A stretch of 57,841 nt of DNA, taken from the IMG/VR virus record IMGVR_UViG_3300030329_003145, positions 1-57,841 of that record. One strand, 5' to 3'. The position numbers were made by a program, and so were the translations under genes. Below are positions 10,801 through 16,800 of the stretch, in pieces (the stretch's first letter is position 1; every line of letters begins with the position of its first letter). The notes under the pieces are model-generated. The model saw only the letters and a list, made by a program, of their open reading frames with translations. It had not been told where the DNA came from and searched no databases. The stretch is from a virus. Its lineage: Duplodnaviria; Caudoviricetes.

Positions 10801-13800
10801 TTCGCCAAGGGTCTCTTCAGCGTATGTCTTTAGTTCTTCTTTATTGAACCCTTTCTGGTAAGTGAGTTCGCCGCTTTTCTTTCGGATAACTTCTAGTTCT
10901 CCGAATTTAAGGAACGGGGCCGCACCGCCTGCAACATCTTTCCCCCTAGTAACGACCACGGCCTCGCCTCCCACTTCAAGGTGGTTGGCAATATCCTTGA
11001 GGATAAACTCACGGGTCTGCGGCTCGACTACATTAAGAACAAAAGTATTCAGGATGTTAGGATACTGCTTGTCTATCGAGTCCCCTTGCCCAGCCGCACG
11101 GTCTCCAGTGTATGTCGGGGTGAAGGTGTCAGGAGGGAATGGTTCAAATGAATCTGCTCCGAGCGCCTTGGACGCCCCACCTGTGCCGTCGCCGTATACC
11201 AGTCCACGACCATCTTCGTAGTCTTTTTTGGAGATGATTCCACTGATCTTGAGATCTTCGTGGATTGTTGTGTTTGGGTTTTGCGTTTTCCCAGCCCTGA
11301 TATCGATAGCAAGGAACAGGTCGCGGTTCATCGTAACGCCCTTCTCGTCGATCAGTTTCTGAGCAGCCTTCTGGTTCAGTTCCACGGACTTCTGATCCGC
11401 GCCGACCTCGGTCGCTTTCTTAACGGCGTCAACGAAGGACGATTCAGCAGGCCCGAGCCCTGAAGCCAGGCCCGCGCTCTTGAGCGTCGCGCCCCCTCTG
11501 GGAGGTCTCCAAAGTTGAAGACCGTCCAAGGCTACCCCATCAACAAGATCCGAATGCATCTGTCGGATTAAGTGCATGAGTTGGGGGTCAGTAATCCCTT
11601 CCACCTTATGTTCCTCCCATGTTCCGTCAGCCTTGCGCCAACTTATCTCTTCTTCCAGTTCGTCTTCTATTATCTCTTTCCACGATTCAAACTTTTCTTC
11701 AATCCACGCCTCGGGGTCTTCGATCATCACATCGTCGCTTATACGAAACTCAGTGAACCCTAACGCCCTGAAATAATTAATCTTATCCATCCCCTTTACA
11801 GACAAAACATAATCTCGTTCCTGTGCGAGGGCTTCCTTCGCTGGGCCGTAAGGGTCTAGCTTGCCCCCGGAGTCAGGAAACTGGATAGTAAGAGTGACTC
11901 CCGAATCGTCAGCCCGCTTTATAATTTCCTCCATCAGGGCTTGCCCTACACCCTGCCCCCTCAAATGTCTGGGGACAAAGATATTCGATATAATGATCTC
12001 AGCACGATAAGGAGAGGCACCGCGCTGGTATTTACCATTTACGATTTGTCGATCGGCGGACCCCTCATCGGGTCTCGCGGCGACAAACCGAACTAGCCCA
12101 TCCGTGAGGTAATCCTCGCCGGTCGCCGGGTCAAAGGTGCCGGTACCCCCGAGCATCGCTGGATCAACAGTAGTAACCCCAACAGTATCGGCTAGGGTAA
12201 GGGGTTCAGACATTGTACCTAACTCCCGTATATTTCGGAGTCCGTTTTCAACAATTGTATCTATGTCAAGGTCTACCCCAGCAGCAAACCCTGTCTGGTA
12301 ATCCCTAGGAAAATTAGTGGGGTCGTATGGTATATCAGCAGGACCGAGCCCTGAAGCAGCCGCCCTTCTGGGCTCTTCGTAGGGCTCAAGCGACTTGTTC
12401 ATGCCGAGTTGCTTCCGAAGCTGTTCCAACGTGGCCGTTGGGTTGTTCGGGTCGAATGCCATCATATTGGAGTGGTAGACATACCCTGCCTCCATCCCTC
12501 GGATCTCTGCGACTATCCTAGTAATCGCGGCCTGAAGCTGTGGAGAGAACTGTTTGCGGGTCTTGTTGGACCCCATCCTATTCAAGAGTGACTTGAAATA
12601 ACGTGTGACCATCGGCCTTGCGCCAGGATTCTTGGCAAGGAAGAGCACGCTCTCCTCGGTCGTGAACCCACGGATTACCCGCTGGGCGTGTTGCCGCAGC
12701 ATCTCTTCAACGATCTGCAACTTTACTGCGCGGTTATTATCTCGGAACCCGCGCCTCATTTTTTCCCTAGTCTCCTCAATCTTTTTCCCGCCGCCATAAT
12801 CATTGATAGTCCGCATGGCGTCTTCCTCAGTAAGCTGGTCGATCAATACATTGATCTCAGCTTCGGAGATAACCGCGACCGATGCCGCGTGTGCGTGTTC
12901 TTCATTAAGAACAACCCCGATGATTTCCGCGACGGGGACTGGTTCACCGCCATTATACAGCACTATAGATTCGATGAAGTTAAACATCGCCTCGGGGTTA
13001 ACTCTCATTACCCCCGATTCAGAATCTACTTCGGCCATGCCGTCGAGGGTCTCATCAACGACCACCTCAACTTCTGGCGGGGATAGCCGCCGTGCAACCT
13101 CGGCGTATCGTTCTTTAACCGCCTCCCGTCGTCTCTGCTGGGCAACATCCAGGCCGGTTGCACCCTGCAACGCGGATGCTAATCTTGCACCGTTGTTGCG
13201 GGAATTTGATACTTCTTCGGCAACCTTAGACGCAAGATTATCCGCCGTGAGGCGTCTCTTGGGAGAGGTGTTAACTATTACCGGTGCCGCTGGAAACACG
13301 GCGTTAGCAATAAACGATTTTGCGCGGGCGGGAATAGTCTTCAAGGCACTGAGCCCCTCTTCCTGCAAAGCAGCAAATTCATCAAAGGTCATATCAACCT
13401 CTCGTCGGGTTGAGGGCCGACCCGCAAATACAGCGGCGTGAGACAGGTCCAATACCGCAGAAAATGCTTTTCTGAACTGTGGGTATTGAGTCCTCTGGAT
13501 GTTAAACAGACCGAGGATCGCGTCTACGATCCTTTGGAACATACTCCTCGGCGTTCCAATAGCCCGTGCGGGGTCGGACAGAACTTTGACGGCCTGCTGG
13601 AATTCCGTTGAAGTCAGGAAGTGCGCTATAAACTCGTCTGTATTTTCGAGCGCCTCGTAGACACGCGGGTCGTGATTATCGAAGGCCGTGCTAACATATA
13701 TTCCGCCCGTGAAGCTAAGAGCATCGCTGGACTGGTATGCAAACTGATCTTTTACGCGGGCTATCAGCCCCTCCAGTGTCCTCAACGCTGACCGCTCTTG

Positions 13801-16800
13801 GCGCGTCAACTCAGCTTCTGGCTTACGGGTAATCCCCGACACATACGCATGGGTCAGTTCGTGGAGTAGCGTGTCTGCGACTCCGCGTGGGTTATACCCG
13901 TTGATATTGATCGAGATTGCGCGGGTGCCATCATCTTGAATGCGGAGTCTACCAGCATACTCTAGCCCCGTCTCATCAATCGTGAACGCAATGTCATTTA
14001 TGAAACTGGGGTTCTGGATAAGGAGTCGGGCGAGCGCAACAAGGTGGGCGTCGTAATCAGTTTCGGCGCGGTCAGACACACCAATGATTCTGCGAAGCGC
14101 CTCAAGAATAGAGTCAGGGTTTCCGGTTTCGAGGCCCAAGGCAGCAATCGCTGCAAGGTTCTCTGCTTGTACTTCCGCCCTCGTCATGCTCGTCGGCTGA
14201 GACCGGAGGTAAAGGTCGCCTGCTGCTTTTTGCACGGAAGATATGAACTCGTCTGTTTGCCCAGAGTCTGGCTCTTGACCGAGCAATTCGCGCAAACGGT
14301 CGTTTATTACCCCACGGTATACAGGGTCTGTCTTAGGGTCTCCCTCGATGGCCTGCGAAGACAGGGACATTATCTGAAGTGCCTGGCGAACCGCCGTCCC
14401 CATTTCGTATTTACCACTCTTCAAATCACGCTGGAAAGTCAGACTGGCAGAGTTGGCGCGGTTATTGCCCTGTGCCATCCACTGGACAAACAACCCCCAC
14501 GCTTCCTTGTTGGTCATCTTCGAGAAGTTGATCGAAGACGACGCATATACTTGTGACTGGATAATCTCCAAAACGTCTCTCCGCAGTGCAGGGTCTGCGG
14601 CCATCGCCGCGACGGCGTCCGACTGCATCTCCTTGATCATGTTGGAAATCTTCCTGACCGGAAGTTGTGGTAGAGCTTCCTGCGGGTAAGGCGTATACGG
14701 ATCAGAGATTTCCTCGGCGGCGGCGAAGTCGGGGTTGTTCTGCAAGTTCGACGCTTCGTCCAATGCAATAGTCGCCACATACGTCTCCTTCTGATGCTTG
14801 AGCCGCGTAGCCTGAATCTCCATATACTTCCCTGTTACTTCGCGCCCCACAGCAACGAGTGATACAGGCTCGCCCTTCATAAGGGACTCTTGTGCTCTGA
14901 GTTTCAGTTCGATCAGGGCCGTATCCCGCAGTGCGGGGGTGAGGTCACCACTGTCGAGGGTCGGGAGGAACGGGTTCAGTTCTTCGTCGGTGGATACCCG
15001 CGACATTGCTTCGTCATAAGTAATCTTCTCGTCGGGGTTGAACGGAGAAGTGATAAGCAGTTCCACCAATCCTTCTGGTGCATCCGGCTCCCCTTCTCTT
15101 GCTTCCCGAAGATCTGTAACCCTACGGATCAATGCGGACAAACCGGTGTGGTCTTCTCGCAGGTTGAGTGCGTGTTCGGCGGATGTGAGCGCGGATACAA
15201 GGCCACCGGATTCAGGGACCACGATGTCGGACACGACAAACTTGTTGCCAATCCTGGCGAACCGGAATGCAGGGTTCAGGGTGGGGGAGGTTAAAGCCTC
15301 CACCGGAACTTCAACCGGAGCCCCCTGCTCTATTAGTCCGAGCATACTAGCGGGGTCGTTATTAAACCGCCCCACGCCATTTGCGTCGATGACCGCCCTG
15401 ACCGGACCATACGAAGGCACTGAAGCTCCACCACTGGGGGTCTCTTGCGGGATGACGGGAAAACGGGCTGCAATCTGGTCGGCAATACGCTGGGTGCTCT
15501 CTTCGAGGAACTGGTCAGACAATGTCCGCACACTCACGGGTACCCCGAGTCTCCTCAACTTGGCGGCGGTAAGAATATGCGGGTAGCCACTTTCGATAAG
15601 CCGCTCGATGGCCGTTTCTTCGGCGGGTGCAACGGGCTCTTCTTCGACTTCGATTTCCTGTTTGACCCTGAATTCTTTTAAGGCCGTGATCCGGTCACGA
15701 AATGCCTGGCGTGTAAGAGCTTTAGCAGCCTCGGGGCTTACGGCGCGGCCTTCCTGCACGGCTTTATCCAATGCCTGTTGGACTGCGGGGACGGTCCCCG
15801 TGGCTGATTGCGCCTCTATGTCTCGGGACAGTTTCTGGTAGAACTCTCGTTTCTGGTTTATCTCCTTAACCTGCTCCCTGAACCGTGCTTCGACTGCCTT
15901 CGCCTCTTCGGTTCGTTCGGGGTCAATGATAATGCGGACCTTGGGGTCAGCCAGCGGCTCCAGCTTGGCTTCGACGGATTCTCCTTTCTGACCAGTAGCG
16001 AGTTCACGAACGGCTTGGTGGTCTGAATTTTCGACAGAACTGGATTCAATCGGGTTCAGCCCAAGCCCACTCATCAACGCGCCCTTGATTCTTACGGTCG
16101 CTGGGTCCGCGCCGGATACCACGGGGGTTTCTTCCGCGAGAACTTGGCTCATGGCCGACTTAATGGAAGTCGGGTTGACTGTGTCTTCGGGGAAAAGATC
16201 CAGTTGAGCTGACTCAGGAGGATTAGCTGGGCGAGAGGCGCGGAACATAGGGGGGATCGTGAGGGTTCCTGGCGCTGCTTCTTTTGCTAGGCGCTTGATC
16301 TCGGCTTTAACTTTTTGTCCGTGGACCCTGACTGCTGAGAGGGGCATCCCCGTAGTGTTGGCTACGAAACTTAAATAGTCTTGGTCACGGGTTGAACGAG
16401 TCCTCTGGGCCGTGATGTAAGCGGCTCTATCAATGTCGCTCTCAAAAAAGAGTTCAAACCTCTTTTGACCATAAGAATACCTTGGTTTAGCTCCTGCCAA
16501 ATCCCGTGGAAGTTTTGGCTCTCGCCATGTTACCGTGTCAGCATCCCACACAAATCCAGCGGGGGGTTCTGCAACCGGCTCCTCCGTAGGTTCTGCAACC
16601 GGCTCCTCCGTAGGTTCTGCAACCGGCTCCTCCGTAGGTTCTGCAACAGGTTCAGCCGCAGGTTCTGCAACAGGTTCAGCCGCAGGTTCAGCCGCAGGTT
16701 CAGCGGCAGGTTCAGCCGCAGGTTCAGCGGCAGGTTCTGCAACAGGTTCTGCAACAGGTTCAGCCCCCAACGCCTCTCTGAAATCAATAGCCGCTTTCTG

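Noticed and set aside
8101-12357. CRISPR array or integron attC sites
   Set aside because: Repeats are short, in frame and 378-1782 nt apart, with no palindromic attC structure and no cas operon or integrase
16055-16075. Seventh SGLG repeat (MSGLGLNP)
   Set aside because: Encoded with different codons and lacks the GAGCCCTGAA core
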